In this document: positions 40,151-49,617 of the stretch, in pieces
Numbering within the stretch: position 1 is the stretch's first letter
Layout of the letters: each line of letters opens with the position of its first letter
DNA from: Nitrospirota bacterium
Lineage (GTDB): Bacteria > Nitrospirota > UBA9217
DNA length: 64,000 nt
Direction: 5' to 3'
NCBI GenBank assembly: GCA_963737155.1
Contig: CAVTRN010000001.1
Span: forward strand, 1 to 64,000
The notes under the pieces: generated by a model
What the model saw: the letters and a program-made list of their open reading frames with translations, nothing else
Database searches by the model: none
What the model was told of the DNA's origin: nothing
Made by a program: the position numbers and the translations under genes

Positions 40151-41374
40151 TTAAAGTCTGAGTAACCGGATATCGCCGATAAAGCTTTCCAAAGTCTGAA
40201 GATGGGGTTGGATTTTTTTTGAATAGGACTGCGTAAGGGGAGCCGGAATGACAAGCTGGACCCCGGCCTGAGACATCTCTTTGAATTGAGTCTCGGAAAT
40301 GCCCTCCTGCAATGTCAGGAGGTGCTTTTGCTTGATACGGTCCGCTTCGTTGAGTATCTGCCGCCAGCGATCCTTGCAAGTCGTCTTGACGGCAAGCATC
40401 CTTAATTTATCTGCTGAAAATATGGCATTTTTATAAGCCGTGACAGACGGAAAAAGAAAATCCGGCGTCTTTCCGCCTTCCGATTCAGGACCGTGCGAAA
40501 AATCCTCGTCCTCTTTCAGCCCCTCCTCGATGAAAATCTCTTTGGTGTGCAATTCAAGAGACCGGCCTGAACGCGCTTTTCTCCGCTGAAGTATGGTCTG
40601 AGCTTTTGCTATAAACTCATCGATAGTTGTAAATCCCTCTTTTATCCAGGGAAGCTCTATAGCCTCCTCGACGCTAAGGAATATCTCATACTCGCAATTA
40701 CGCCTTTTAATCAGGCGTATGTCGGGATTCAATCCATGAGCCGGCCTGTATTCAACCGTCTTCTTGATGATTTCAATACCGGTCGGAAATTGTTTAAGCC
40801 ATGCCTTGGGTATCTCTTCCAGTCCCAGCCGGCAAGATGTCTTCGTTTTCTCTTTCTCGGAGAACAGGCCCAACAGACCGTCATGCGAAGCCCAGAATCT
40901 GAACTTGCCCGGTTCGATAGGGCCGACCCGGTCCTCTACCAGATCTTCTTCTGTCTCGTGTCGGCAGACCCAGACATGGCATTCAGTCGCTTCGCCGTTC
41001 TTATCAAGGACGAAAGCAAATATGGTCAATGCCCCGGTGCTTTCAGGATCTAACAGAGGAGAGCTTCCACCGCCGAAATTCGTAAGCCTTGTTTCATTTC
41101 TGGTTCCTCCGTGAAATTTATTGTTATACCAGATAGCACGGACATTGCGGACATCTGCGTGAGAATCGACAGACAAGTCGAACCGTATATCGGGGTTTAA
41201 ATTTTTTGGCTTTTTTAATGAGGGGAAAATCTTGAAGAGGAACTCTTTGGGGATATAGGGTCCGGCTTGGTGTGTACCGTTGGCAAGAGTATCGTTCGCG
41301 GACAGCCGTTTTACATACCAGATGAAATCAGGACCTGTGAAATCATCCATCCAATCGGTTAACTCTGTCAGCAA
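40151..41374 (-). CDS. EcoRII-like type II restriction endonuclease
   Basis: KRLSANDT.A..THQAGPYIP effector domain; RRKARSGRSLE, PDFLFP, LAVKTTCKDRWRQIL.EA. Confidence 0.92.
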   Translation of the reverse strand: MLTELTDWMDDFTGPDFIWYVKRLSANDTLANGTHQAGPYIPKEFLFKIFPSLKKPKNLNPDIRFDLSVDSHADVRNVRAIWYNNKFHGGTRNETRLTNFGGGSSPLLDPESTGALTIFAFVLDKNGEATECHVWVCRHETEEDLVEDRVGPIEPGKFRFWASHDGLLGLFSEKEKTKTSCRLGLEEIPKAWLKQFPTGIEIIKKTVEYRPAHGLNPDIRLIKRRNCEYEIFLSVEEAIELPWIKEGFTTIDEFIAKAQTILQRRKARSGRSLELHTKEIFIEEGLKEDEDFSHGPESEGGKTPDFLFPSVTAYKNAIFSADKLRMLAVKTTCKDRWRQILNEADRIKQKHLLTLQEGISETQFKEMSQAGVQLVIPAPLTQSYSKKIQPHLQTLESFIGDIRLLRL

Positions 41375-41826
41375 GTAACCCCCCTGATTTGAGACTTGCC
41401 AGAACCTTTTAAAATCCAGATGGACGTTTTATCTATAACTTCATCGAACGGCCTTCTGGCTTTACCTTTTAAAGAGCATTCCCAGATGATCAAAACCCGC
41501 CATCCCAGCTTTTTGAGCTCGGCTAACACCTCAACGTCTTTTTCCTGATTCCTGTTTATTTTAGTTTTCCAGAATTCAGGCCGCGAAGAAGGCCATTTGA
41601 ACAGATGGCAATCATGGCCGTGCCAGAAACATCCGTGGATGAAAACAACAGCGTGATATTTCGGCAAAACTATATCCGGCTTGCCTGGAAGCTTTCTATA
41701 ATGAAGCCTGTACCTGAATCCCTTGGCGTAGAGCCCTTTCCTGACTGTCAATTCCGGCTTCGTATCTTTCCCGCGAATGCCGGACATCATCTCGCTTCGC
41801 TTCTTGGTCGAGACTATATCAGCCAA
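41368..41826 (-). CDS. vsr: Very short patch repair endonuclease
   Basis: [35 protein letters not shown]. Confidence 0.95.
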   Translation of the reverse strand: MADIVSTKKRSEMMSGIRGKDTKPELTVRKGLYAKGFRYRLHYRKLPGKPDIVLPKYHAVVFIHGCFWHGHDCHLFKWPSSRPEFWKTKINRNQEKDVEVLAELKKLGWRVLIIWECSLKGKARRPFDEVIDKTSIWILKGSGKSQIRGVTC

Positions 41827-42907
41827 CGGCTAGGCACTCCGCTTTGGGGTACGTCCTAGTTTTCTTGCGTTCGCATATCCAAGGGAGCATATGTCGTGCG
41901 ACAGTCTCCACCACAGGAACGACAACGGCGTTGCCGAACTGCCTGTAGGCCTGATTATCGGAAACCGGAATATTGAACTTGCTCTGGCCCGGCTTATCGA
42001 AGCCCATCAGACGGGAACATTCGCGCGGCGTGAGGCGGCGAGGATTGCGCCTTTTCTGCTTGACAAGGATCTCCGAGCCGTCCTTGTAATACCTAGCCGA
42101 CAAGGTCCTGGCTACATCATCCGGGCCGACAAGGCTGAAACCGAAACCATTTCCCGCTTTCCGGTGTTTCTCGGCATATGCCTGGAGATATTTCCAAAGC
42201 TTATCCGATAACGTATACTTGGGCAGGACTTTTCCTTTTTCGCCGCCGATATACTTCATATTGCGGCCATTGATAAGCTCTGAACCGTCTTCGGGATGCA
42301 AGATGCTTTCAAGCCGAGGACCATCCACTGGATCAGGTAAAACGAAATTATCAAAAGTAAAACCATTCTTCTCTCTGAAGCCGACGATAAAGATCCGCTC
42401 TCTGTGTTGCGGTACCCAAGAACGGGCATCGATGACACGATAGCTGACGTGATAGCCCAAATCTTCGGTGAGCGTCTTATGGATAACCTTGAAAGTTTCC
42501 CCTTGGTCGTGGTTCACCAGATTCTTGACATTTTCCAGAAGAAAGACTTTCGGTCGGTGACAGGCGATAACCCTGGCAACATCGAAGAAAAGAGTGCCTT
42601 GAGATTCGCAGAGGAAGCCATGAGGCCTGTTGAGGGAGTTTTTCTTGGAGACGCCGGCAATGGAAAAAGGCTGGCAGGGGAAACCGGCTAAGAGTACGTC
42701 GTGATTCGGAATGCTCTCAGCCGGGATTTTGGTTATATCCCCCGCTATTTCATGATCACCTTTGAAATTGGCTTTATAGGTTTGTTGGCTAAAAGTGTTC
42801 CATTCACTGGTAAAAACGCATTCGCCGCCCAGAGGTTCGAATCCTAGGCGCAGGCCGCCGATGCCGGCGAACAAGTCAATAAAGGTAAACCTTTCCCGGT
42901 CGGTCAA
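41819..42907 (-). CDS. dcm: DNA cytosine-5 methyltransferase (Dcm/M.EcoRII-like)
   Basis: [44 protein letters not shown]. Confidence 0.93.
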   Translation of the reverse strand: MTDRERFTFIDLFAGIGGLRLGFEPLGGECVFTSEWNTFSQQTYKANFKGDHEIAGDITKIPAESIPNHDVLLAGFPCQPFSIAGVSKKNSLNRPHGFLCESQGTLFFDVARVIACHRPKVFLLENVKNLVNHDQGETFKVIHKTLTEDLGYHVSYRVIDARSWVPQHRERIFIVGFREKNGFTFDNFVLPDPVDGPRLESILHPEDGSELINGRNMKYIGGEKGKVLPKYTLSDKLWKYLQAYAEKHRKAGNGFGFSLVGPDDVARTLSARYYKDGSEILVKQKRRNPRRLTPRECSRLMGFDKPGQSKFNIPVSDNQAYRQFGNAVVVPVVETVARHMLPWICERKKTRTYPKAECLAVG

Positions 42908-42960
42908 TTCGTGGACCCTCCTTCTTGGGGCTTGATTTTATGCCAATCGCACCGTTTTGT

Positions 42961-42991
42961 CAATTCTTTAGACCAATTCTTTAGACCAATT
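42961..42991. promoter_or_regulatory. 13-bp tandem direct repeat in the divergent dcm / repressor intergenic region (candidate operator)
   Basis: CAATTCTTTAGAC x2 + CAATT. Confidence 0.45.
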
Positions 42992-43068
42992 GTACGCTTC
43001 TTTTAACCAAGAGTCAAGTATTAAGGATTTACTTGCTTTATGGGAATAAGTATGGTATAAAAGATAGC

Positions 43069-43737
43069 ATGCATCCTATTCAAGAAAAACTCTTCGAACT
43101 GTCGAATAAGAAAAACCTTGCCGAACTGAGTCTCAGGGAGATGGCCGGCGCAATCGGCCTGCCTCACGAATCCCCCCAGAAAATCAAGCACCATCTTCTT
43201 CAGCTCCAGAAGAAAGGGCTTGTTACCATAGATCGCGCCAAGGGTACGATGGAGCGTGCATCATCGACGCCTGGCTGGGCAAAAGGCCTCCTACACACGG
43301 CTTCCCATCTTTTTTCCATCCCTGTCATCGGAACCGCGAATTGTGGGCCGGCCACCATCTTTGCCGAGCAGAATTTCCAAGGGATACTTCGCGTATCGGG
43401 CAAGCTAGTCGGGCGCTCGAAGCCGACGGGACTCTACGCGATCAAAACCGATGGATCGTCCATGAATCGCGCCGAAGTCAATGGAAGGCACATCGAGGAT
43501 GGAGATTATGTCATCATCAATAAAAATGATGTCGATGTGAAGAGCGGGGATGTCGTCTTGGCAATTATCGACAACAAAGCGACCATCAAAAGGTTTATCG
43601 ACGACCGTGCAAACGGGCAGATCGTCTTGATGGCCGATTCCTCGTATGATTACGAACCTATTTACCTCCATCCCGATGATGATTTCAGCATCAGCGGGAA
43701 AATTGTTGCGGTAATTAAAAAACCGGTTCGCGCATAA
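43069..43737 (+). CDS. LexA/CI-like S24 peptidase repressor, probably leaderless
   Basis: HTH SLREMA..HHLLQLQKKG; ANCG cleavage site, GSSM Ser, TIKRF Lys; TTGCTT-17-TATAAA ends 7 bp before the ATG. Confidence 0.85.
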   Translation: MHPIQEKLFELSNKKNLAELSLREMAGAIGLPHESPQKIKHHLLQLQKKGLVTIDRAKGTMERASSTPGWAKGLLHTASHLFSIPVIGTANCGPATIFAEQNFQGILRVSGKLVGRSKPTGLYAIKTDGSSMNRAEVNGRHIEDGDYVIINKNDVDVKSGDVVLAIIDNKATIKRFIDDRANGQIVLMADSSYDYEPIYLHPDDDFSISGKIVAVIKKPVRA

Positions 43738-43790
43738 GAGAAGAAACAAATGGTTATCAAACAAAAAGATTATTATTAAGGGATAAAAAT

Positions 43791-44843
43791 ATGGCATACG
43801 AAATAGACTACATTCCCGTTGGAGATGGAGAAAAAGGTGGCGATGCAATAGCATTGCGCTTTGGGAACCTTGCGGGACCGCGTGCGGAACAGGTAGTGGT
43901 TGTTATTGACGGCGGTTTTCAAGATTCCGGCGAAGAGTTGGTAAACCACATAAAGACTTTCTACAAGACGGACTTGGTGGATGTTGCGGTTTCAACTCAT
44001 CCGGATGCAGACCATGCATCGGGGCTTTCTGTTGTTATGGAAAAACTTCGCGTAAGCACGTTAGTCATGCATAGGCCATGGGAACATGCAGCGGATATAA
44101 AAGGGATGTTTAAAAACGGGCGCATTACCGTTGCCGGGCTTGAGGACAGAATAGAGAAATCGCTCCAGTATGCAAGTGATCTGGAAGCACTGGCAACCAA
44201 AAAAGGGGTACGCATAGTGGAGCCGTTTCAGGGGGTGACAGGCTTTAATGGCGCTTTGCATATCCTAGGGCCGTCACAGGAGTATTATGAAAGCCTTTTG
44301 CCTCTTTTCCGCGCTACTCCTGAACCGGTAAAATCTATCGGGATCTTTGCTCCGATAAGAAAAGCAGTGGAAGAAGCTATCAAGTGGGTCCAGGACCAGT
44401 GGGACATCGATCTGCTCGACGATGATGAAGATACGACATCTGCCGAAAACAGTACAAGCGCGATCATGCTCTTTAATCTCGATGGCCATAAGCTATTGTT
44501 CACAGGCGACGCGGGAAAAAACGCTTTACATCTTGCGGCCGATTATGCAGAATCACAGGGAATCCAGCTCACCGATCTCCAGATATTGGATGTGCCTCAC
44601 CATGGCAGCAGAAGAAACCTGAGCAGTGGGGTGCTGAAGAGAATCAAGGCTAAAACTGCGTCTATCTCTGCACCAAAGGCCTCACCGAAACATCCTTCTA
44701 AAAAGATCATCAATGCTTTGAAAAAGCACGGTTCGAAAGTTTATGTTGTAAAAGGCCAGAAGCTTTGTCATCCCTACCAAGCACCGGAGCGTGGCTGGTC
44801 TTCCGCAACCGAAGAACCGTTTCATGATTATGTCGAAGAGTAA
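43791..44843 (+). CDS. MBL-fold hydrolase (ComEC/Rec2-like)
   Basis: VG.GDA, IDGG, THPDADH, FTGDAG, VPHHGS. Confidence 0.88.
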   Translation: MAYEIDYIPVGDGEKGGDAIALRFGNLAGPRAEQVVVVIDGGFQDSGEELVNHIKTFYKTDLVDVAVSTHPDADHASGLSVVMEKLRVSTLVMHRPWEHAADIKGMFKNGRITVAGLEDRIEKSLQYASDLEALATKKGVRIVEPFQGVTGFNGALHILGPSQEYYESLLPLFRATPEPVKSIGIFAPIRKAVEEAIKWVQDQWDIDLLDDDEDTTSAENSTSAIMLFNLDGHKLLFTGDAGKNALHLAADYAESQGIQLTDLQILDVPHHGSRRNLSSGVLKRIKAKTASISAPKASPKHPSKKIINALKKHGSKVYVVKGQKLCHPYQAPERGWSSATEEPFHDYVEE

Positions 44844-44857
44844 GCGGATAAAGGCTT

Positions 44858-45547
44858 ATGACCGATAACGACAAAAATACTATGGCAAAAAAAGAATCGC
44901 TCAAAGAAAAAAACACTCCGCTTATCGTCATCTTTATCGTCTGGTGCTTGGCTCTCTACGCCGTATTCGTGATTTCACCCTCGGATTTTTGGGATAAGCT
45001 GCAGTCCACGTTCAAGGAGATCAACGCGAAAGACGGTCTCATCTTCATTATCTCGCCGATTCTGACGTTAATCCTTACAGGACTGGTCAGTTCTGATAAC
45101 AAGGCCAAGCTCGTATTCTGGAAATGCAGGTACGCGCTACCGGGGCATCGGGCATTCTCTACGGTGATCCGACATGATGTCAGGATCAATAAAAAGCAGC
45201 TGGCGCAAAAGATGGGATCGTTTCCAAAAGGCCCCAAAGAGCAGAACAGCCGATGGTATTCAATTTACAAGCGATACTCGGTAGCTCCGATGGTCCTCCA
45301 CGCTCATAAGCAATTTCTTCTCTCCCGAGATCTTTGTTCTATTTCTTTTCTTTTTTCATTTATCGGCCCTTGGGGTCTTCTTCTCTTCGGCCACAAGTTA
45401 TCCTGGGTGCTATTCTATGCGTCGGTGATGTTCGCGCATTATCTCCTATTCATGGTAGTATCTCGAAACCATGGCAATCGATTTGTCTGCAATGTTCTGG
45501 CTGAGTTTATGGCAGATAACAATCCAGGTCCTGCTGCAGGTCAGTAG
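44858..45547 (+). CDS. Four-TM membrane protein
   Basis: 2 TM, soluble loop KAKLVFW..LPG.RAFS..EQN..WY..Y, then 2 TM. Confidence 0.75.
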   Translation: MTDNDKNTMAKKESLKEKNTPLIVIFIVWCLALYAVFVISPSDFWDKLQSTFKEINAKDGLIFIISPILTLILTGLVSSDNKAKLVFWKCRYALPGHRAFSTVIRHDVRINKKQLAQKMGSFPKGPKEQNSRWYSIYKRYSVAPMVLHAHKQFLLSRDLCSISFLFSFIGPWGLLLFGHKLSWVLFYASVMFAHYLLFMVVSRNHGNRFVCNVLAEFMADNNPGPAAGQ

Positions 45548-45569
45548 ACGAAGAGGGGGGGTCAATATT

Positions 45570-45764
45570 ATGCCGATGCCGGACACCGTTACAGAAATCA
45601 AGGACAAGAAAAATAATTTTACTTTTCGTGTTCGCGCCTATCGGAAAATCACACCCCAAGAAATGACAGAATCTTATGCGGACTGGTATCGGCAAAGAGA
45701 CAAGCGCTGGTCCTATAAGAACAAGATCATCGAGGTTGTCTCGATCATTGGATATGACGAGTAA
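45570..45764 (+). CDS. Small hypothetical protein
   Basis: GAGGGG RBS, 64 aa, TAATG coupling to next ORF. Confidence 0.5.
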   Translation: MPMPDTVTEIKDKKNNFTFRVRAYRKITPQEMTESYADWYRQRDKRWSYKNKIIEVVSIIGYDE

Positions 45765-46009
45765 TGCTGGCTGCTCACATTTCAGGAGATCAAATAATGG
45801 GTATTCCGTATTTCATAAAGGCGACGCGAGCCTGTGCGGTTTGTACTTATTGGAACGGGAATCGCAGCAGATTTAGAGCAGGAATGGCGGTTGATTCAGA
45901 AAGCTCCCTTGGGTTGTGCCAGAACAGGAAATCGAATAAATATGGGGAGAATACGACGGCCGGGAAAAACAATTGTCCTGAATGCGTGACTTTATCAAAT
46001 TTAGAGTAA
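45764..46009 (+). CDS. Small Cys-rich protein
   Basis: CAVCTYWNG..C..C (ATG 45797 after AGGAG is the likely start). Confidence 0.5.
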   Translation: MLAAHISGDQIMGIPYFIKATRACAVCTYWNGNRSRFRAGMAVDSESSLGLCQNRKSNKYGENTTAGKNNCPECVTLSNLE

Positions 46010-46419
46010 TCTCGCTAAAATCTGGCTAAAGAATATCCTCCGGAATCGTCTTTTCCGTGGAAAATTATCCTTTATGTTCCCGTACGGTTGCGATAGAATT
46101 TCCGAGACTTGCAAGTAATCAGGTGGTTGGGTTCCGGCAGGCTCAAGGACCAAAATCCTCCGTAGGCAACTCCATATCGGTTCGATTCCGACTGTCGACG
46201 ACCTTCGGGTCATGAAACCCAATGGTTCTTTTATTTCTTTTATTTCATTGTTCGAAAGCCTACTAATACTCGCATTTTTTAACTGGAAGCAGGATATTCG
46301 TTCGATTCACGAATGTGGCACTCTTCACCTGCGGCGGTGGGAATCATACCTGAGCACATACTTGATATTTTTCAGATTATTTGGCTCAAAGTTACGATCA
46401 CGGTATGATAGAATTAACG

Positions 46420-48165
46420 TTATTCTTCATATTTGATGTCAACTTTTATACCTAGCAGTTTTTCGGAATCAGACTGATCTGTTAAAACCAACACTGTATT
46501 TTGCTCTATTATATTCTCGTATTCATCTTTTTTTAGGTATCTTTTTATTTCTTCAAGTTGGTTCTGATTTATGCTCGCAATGTACTGATGTCCCTGTTTA
46601 TTGTTTGTAAACATCTCGGCAACGATCCTAAAAAGAGCAGTTTTCTGTATTTCGTCAATTCCATCAAACAAACGGCTATCATGAAACACAAAATTCATAT
46701 TATGACCGTAACCTTTAAATAATAAGGTCAAGTCATAGCAAAATATTTTGACGTGATTTATCCCGTCGGACGCATCCGCATCAATTCGTGCGTCAATATT
46801 ATACCGTATTTGGTTTTCTCCCTCATTATTGTAGACTGTAATACCTGATGAAGCTTCTGGATAAAACTGCTTGGCCAGGGATCGGAAAAAATCTCGAACC
46901 CCGTCAATTATAGCCCTCGAATCCTCTAAATAAGAGTCTGTTCTACGAACTGCTTCAAGCATTTCTTCTCGAATTTCGAGATCAGTATTATGATACTCTG
47001 CGATCAACTTGTCATATTTTATAAGGTTATCTTTCTTCATACGTAAATCAGATAGGCGCTGAGTCACTTTTACAAAAACATCTAGCGCCTGATGTGCCCC
47101 TAAGTATTGTAACATTCTATCCAGATCATTACGCAATTGCTTGTGAAGGTCTGTTTTACTCTTTAGCAGCTTCTCAATGCGGCGTTTCTGTTCAGTAAGT
47201 CTTTTCTGCCGGTTCTTTATGAGACTCTCATAAAATAACTTTACTTGTTCAAGACTATAGGTTACTTGATCAGGGAATAGTATTCCAGCCTCTGCATAAA
47301 TTTTTTCAATACCGTCTGTTCCTACCTCTGGTGCCACTTTTAAGCTTTTATCAATATTCTCTATTTGATAGCCAAGCAAAACTACATTATTATTAATCTC
47401 GGTCAAATCTTTTTCAATTCGATCTGCTGTCCACTTAACTTCATAATAATCGTCCGCAACTCGAAAATATTTTATGTCAGTCTCAACCTTCGAAATCTTA
47501 TCGTCGAGATCTTTCGCTGCAAGCTGAGGGTCCGCACTCCCTGCAAAAAAATTCTTCAGCAGCTCATCATTTTTGATATTATCCGTTAATGTTTTTACCC
47601 TGTCCTTTTCTTTTTTATAATTTAGCTTTTCTTGTGCTAAATTAAGATCAAGCCCCAACAAGAAGGCATTATTAAGCATCTTCTGATAATCGGATCCAAC
47701 CTTTAAGGATTGGTCGTAAGATACATATGATTGCATATATGGGCGAATAAAAAAAGGAAGCAATGATCGGAAAGACAAATATTTGATTTCCTCAGGCATA
47801 TCAAAACAGAGCTTCTCGAGTATGTCATTGAACTTCGTAATCCTCAATTCATTGTTATTTAAATAAATGACTCCGGGATTGTTTGTCCCTCGCCGTGCAG
47901 TATAATTTTCAAGTTTCGCTTCAAATTCAAGAAAAAATTCCCAGTCTGGCAATTCTTTACAAAAAGACTTGTAGTGCTTTTCGGAAGCGCCAAGACAAAA
48001 ATGGATAATTGAAATAAGTATAGACTTACCGACACCGTTATAAGTTTTTCCTTTTTCAGTTGAGTCCTGTTTGCTATGTTTCGCCACAACAAAACTCAAA
48101 CCATTATAATTGAACTTAACAGGCCTGAAAGAGGATTTATTGGCATTAATAGAAAGTAATCTCAT
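46420..48165 (-). CDS. lmuB: Lamassu/ABC-3C SMC-like ATPase (DUF2326)
   Basis: YNGVGKS Walker A, coiled coil, DASDG, HDSRLFDGID. Confidence 0.85.
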   Translation of the reverse strand: MRLLSINANKSSFRPVKFNYNGLSFVVAKHSKQDSTEKGKTYNGVGKSILISIIHFCLGASEKHYKSFCKELPDWEFFLEFEAKLENYTARRGTNNPGVIYLNNNELRITKFNDILEKLCFDMPEEIKYLSFRSLLPFFIRPYMQSYVSYDQSLKVGSDYQKMLNNAFLLGLDLNLAQEKLNYKKEKDRVKTLTDNIKNDELLKNFFAGSADPQLAAKDLDDKISKVETDIKYFRVADDYYEVKWTADRIEKDLTEINNNVVLLGYQIENIDKSLKVAPEVGTDGIEKIYAEAGILFPDQVTYSLEQVKLFYESLIKNRQKRLTEQKRRIEKLLKSKTDLHKQLRNDLDRMLQYLGAHQALDVFVKVTQRLSDLRMKKDNLIKYDKLIAEYHNTDLEIREEMLEAVRRTDSYLEDSRAIIDGVRDFFRSLAKQFYPEASSGITVYNNEGENQIRYNIDARIDADASDGINHVKIFCYDLTLLFKGYGHNMNFVFHDSRLFDGIDEIQKTALFRIVAEMFTNNKQGHQYIASINQNQLEEIKRYLKKDEYENIIEQNTVLVLTDQSDSEKLLGIKVDIKYEE

Positions 48166-48398
48166 TTTTCCAATACCCCATCATTTTCTTTAATTGCGTT
48201 TATGGTATATAGAAAGATGATAGCAAGCACTAATTTATCAAAACTGATTCTCACAGTATAAACACCTTCGTTAAAGTCTTTATTGTATTGTTCCCATATT
48301 TCATCGATACTCTTCGGTTTCGATAGATTGCCCAGAATGTAGCTACCTAAACCGATAATAGATTCTGATAAATTAATATGTTTAGTCGGCAATAGCAT
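48162..48398 (-). CDS. lmuC: ABC-3C middle component (LmuC-like)
   Basis: 78 aa MLLPTKHINLSESIIGLG...LYTINAI, coupled to both neighbours. Confidence 0.75.
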   Translation of the reverse strand: MLLPTKHINLSESIIGLGSYILGNLSKPKSIDEIWEQYNKDFNEGVYTVRISFDKLVLAIIFLYTINAIKENDGVLEK

Positions 48399-49303
48399 TA
48401 GTGTTTGGTAGGCTCTTCAAAAATATCGCAGACCTCAAAATACTTGGCCATTATAACAAGGACAGCATTCTGATACGCTGAACCGGCTTTTGGACTTGCC
48501 TCGGCAAGAATATACATGAATAATTTATCGCCTTTTTTAGTTTTCTTGCCCAAAAGATACAACCTAAGCAGTTTATCCTTGAGTTCCTCAGCAAGAAAAT
48601 CGCCGTTGTTTTTTAAATACTCTTCAAGGCAACCAACTTGAATGTAAGCACTGTTGAGATAACTCGCAATAGTTTTTGATAACTTGTTAAATTTTATTTT
48701 TTTCGACCAGTCAGGGATATTATAAGACGTTCCGCCCTTTGGAATTAGCGAAATACTCATAATATGTGCTACAACTTCATTAAGAACACTATAATCTAGA
48801 ATCTTAATGTTTTGCGGGTCCGGCAAGAATCCGACAACATTCGTAATTTGATCTTCCTCCAATTTAAACAATATATTTTCTAAATGCTTTGTAGTAATGA
48901 ATCCCGCCTTTTTCAACTTATGATTCTTTTTAATCTTCTTGAGGTTTTTCTCGCTGTCTGCATTCACACCCTTGTACTTGTCATTAACTACAAAATAAAA
49001 CTCATTTACTGGGCTCCATTGCTTTTTGAGGCCATCAAAATCCTTTAACAATTTTTTTACAACAGCGGGATAAGATTGCTGTATCTCTTCTGGAGCAAAG
49101 ACCTGATAAAAAATTCCTTTCGATTTGATATACCCATCATTTTTTCTATCTCCGATATTCCCCCACGGTTTAATTTGTTGAAAATCATGCTCCGCATAAT
49201 TCATAATCCTAGTAAACAGATCTTCGAATGCATTGCCATCGGATTGATTTATTCTGTTACGGAATAAAATTCTCGCGAGTGTCTTCTCAACACTGTTCAT
49301 CAC
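48398..49303 (-). CDS. lmuA: Lamassu/ABC-3C effector with PD-(D/E)XK nuclease
   Basis: GNAFEDLF, GDRKNDG, YQVFAP; C-terminal KIKFNKL...YFEVCDIFE. Confidence 0.8.
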   Translation of the reverse strand: MMNSVEKTLARILFRNRINQSDGNAFEDLFTRIMNYAEHDFQQIKPWGNIGDRKNDGYIKSKGIFYQVFAPEEIQQSYPAVVKKLLKDFDGLKKQWSPVNEFYFVVNDKYKGVNADSEKNLKKIKKNHKLKKAGFITTKHLENILFKLEEDQITNVVGFLPDPQNIKILDYSVLNEVVAHIMSISLIPKGGTSYNIPDWSKKIKFNKLSKTIASYLNSAYIQVGCLEEYLKNNGDFLAEELKDKLLRLYLLGKKTKKGDKLFMYILAEASPKAGSAYQNAVLVIMAKYFEVCDIFEEPTKH

Positions 49304-49617
49304 ATACCTTACACTTTAGATATTTTTGAAATATTCACTACAATGTTCGATCTTCTATTTGTAATTTCTCTGAGCCTCTCAAGTCATCCATGAACATAAT
49401 GCATGGTACTCCTGATATCCGCGTGGGGCGAAGCAGAGCTTGAGCAGCTTTCGCATCTTCGCAAGTTTCCACGATCTGAGTAGCAAATCAATGCCTTGAC
49501 ACTTCGTAATGTGTGAATTTAATCTCCGGAATGCTACAACGCCCCCAAAGTTTTTGAGATATAGTCAGGGGTAGTATCTTGAAAAGTTAGGTCGCGAACG
49601 AGCAAGAAATCAAATAC

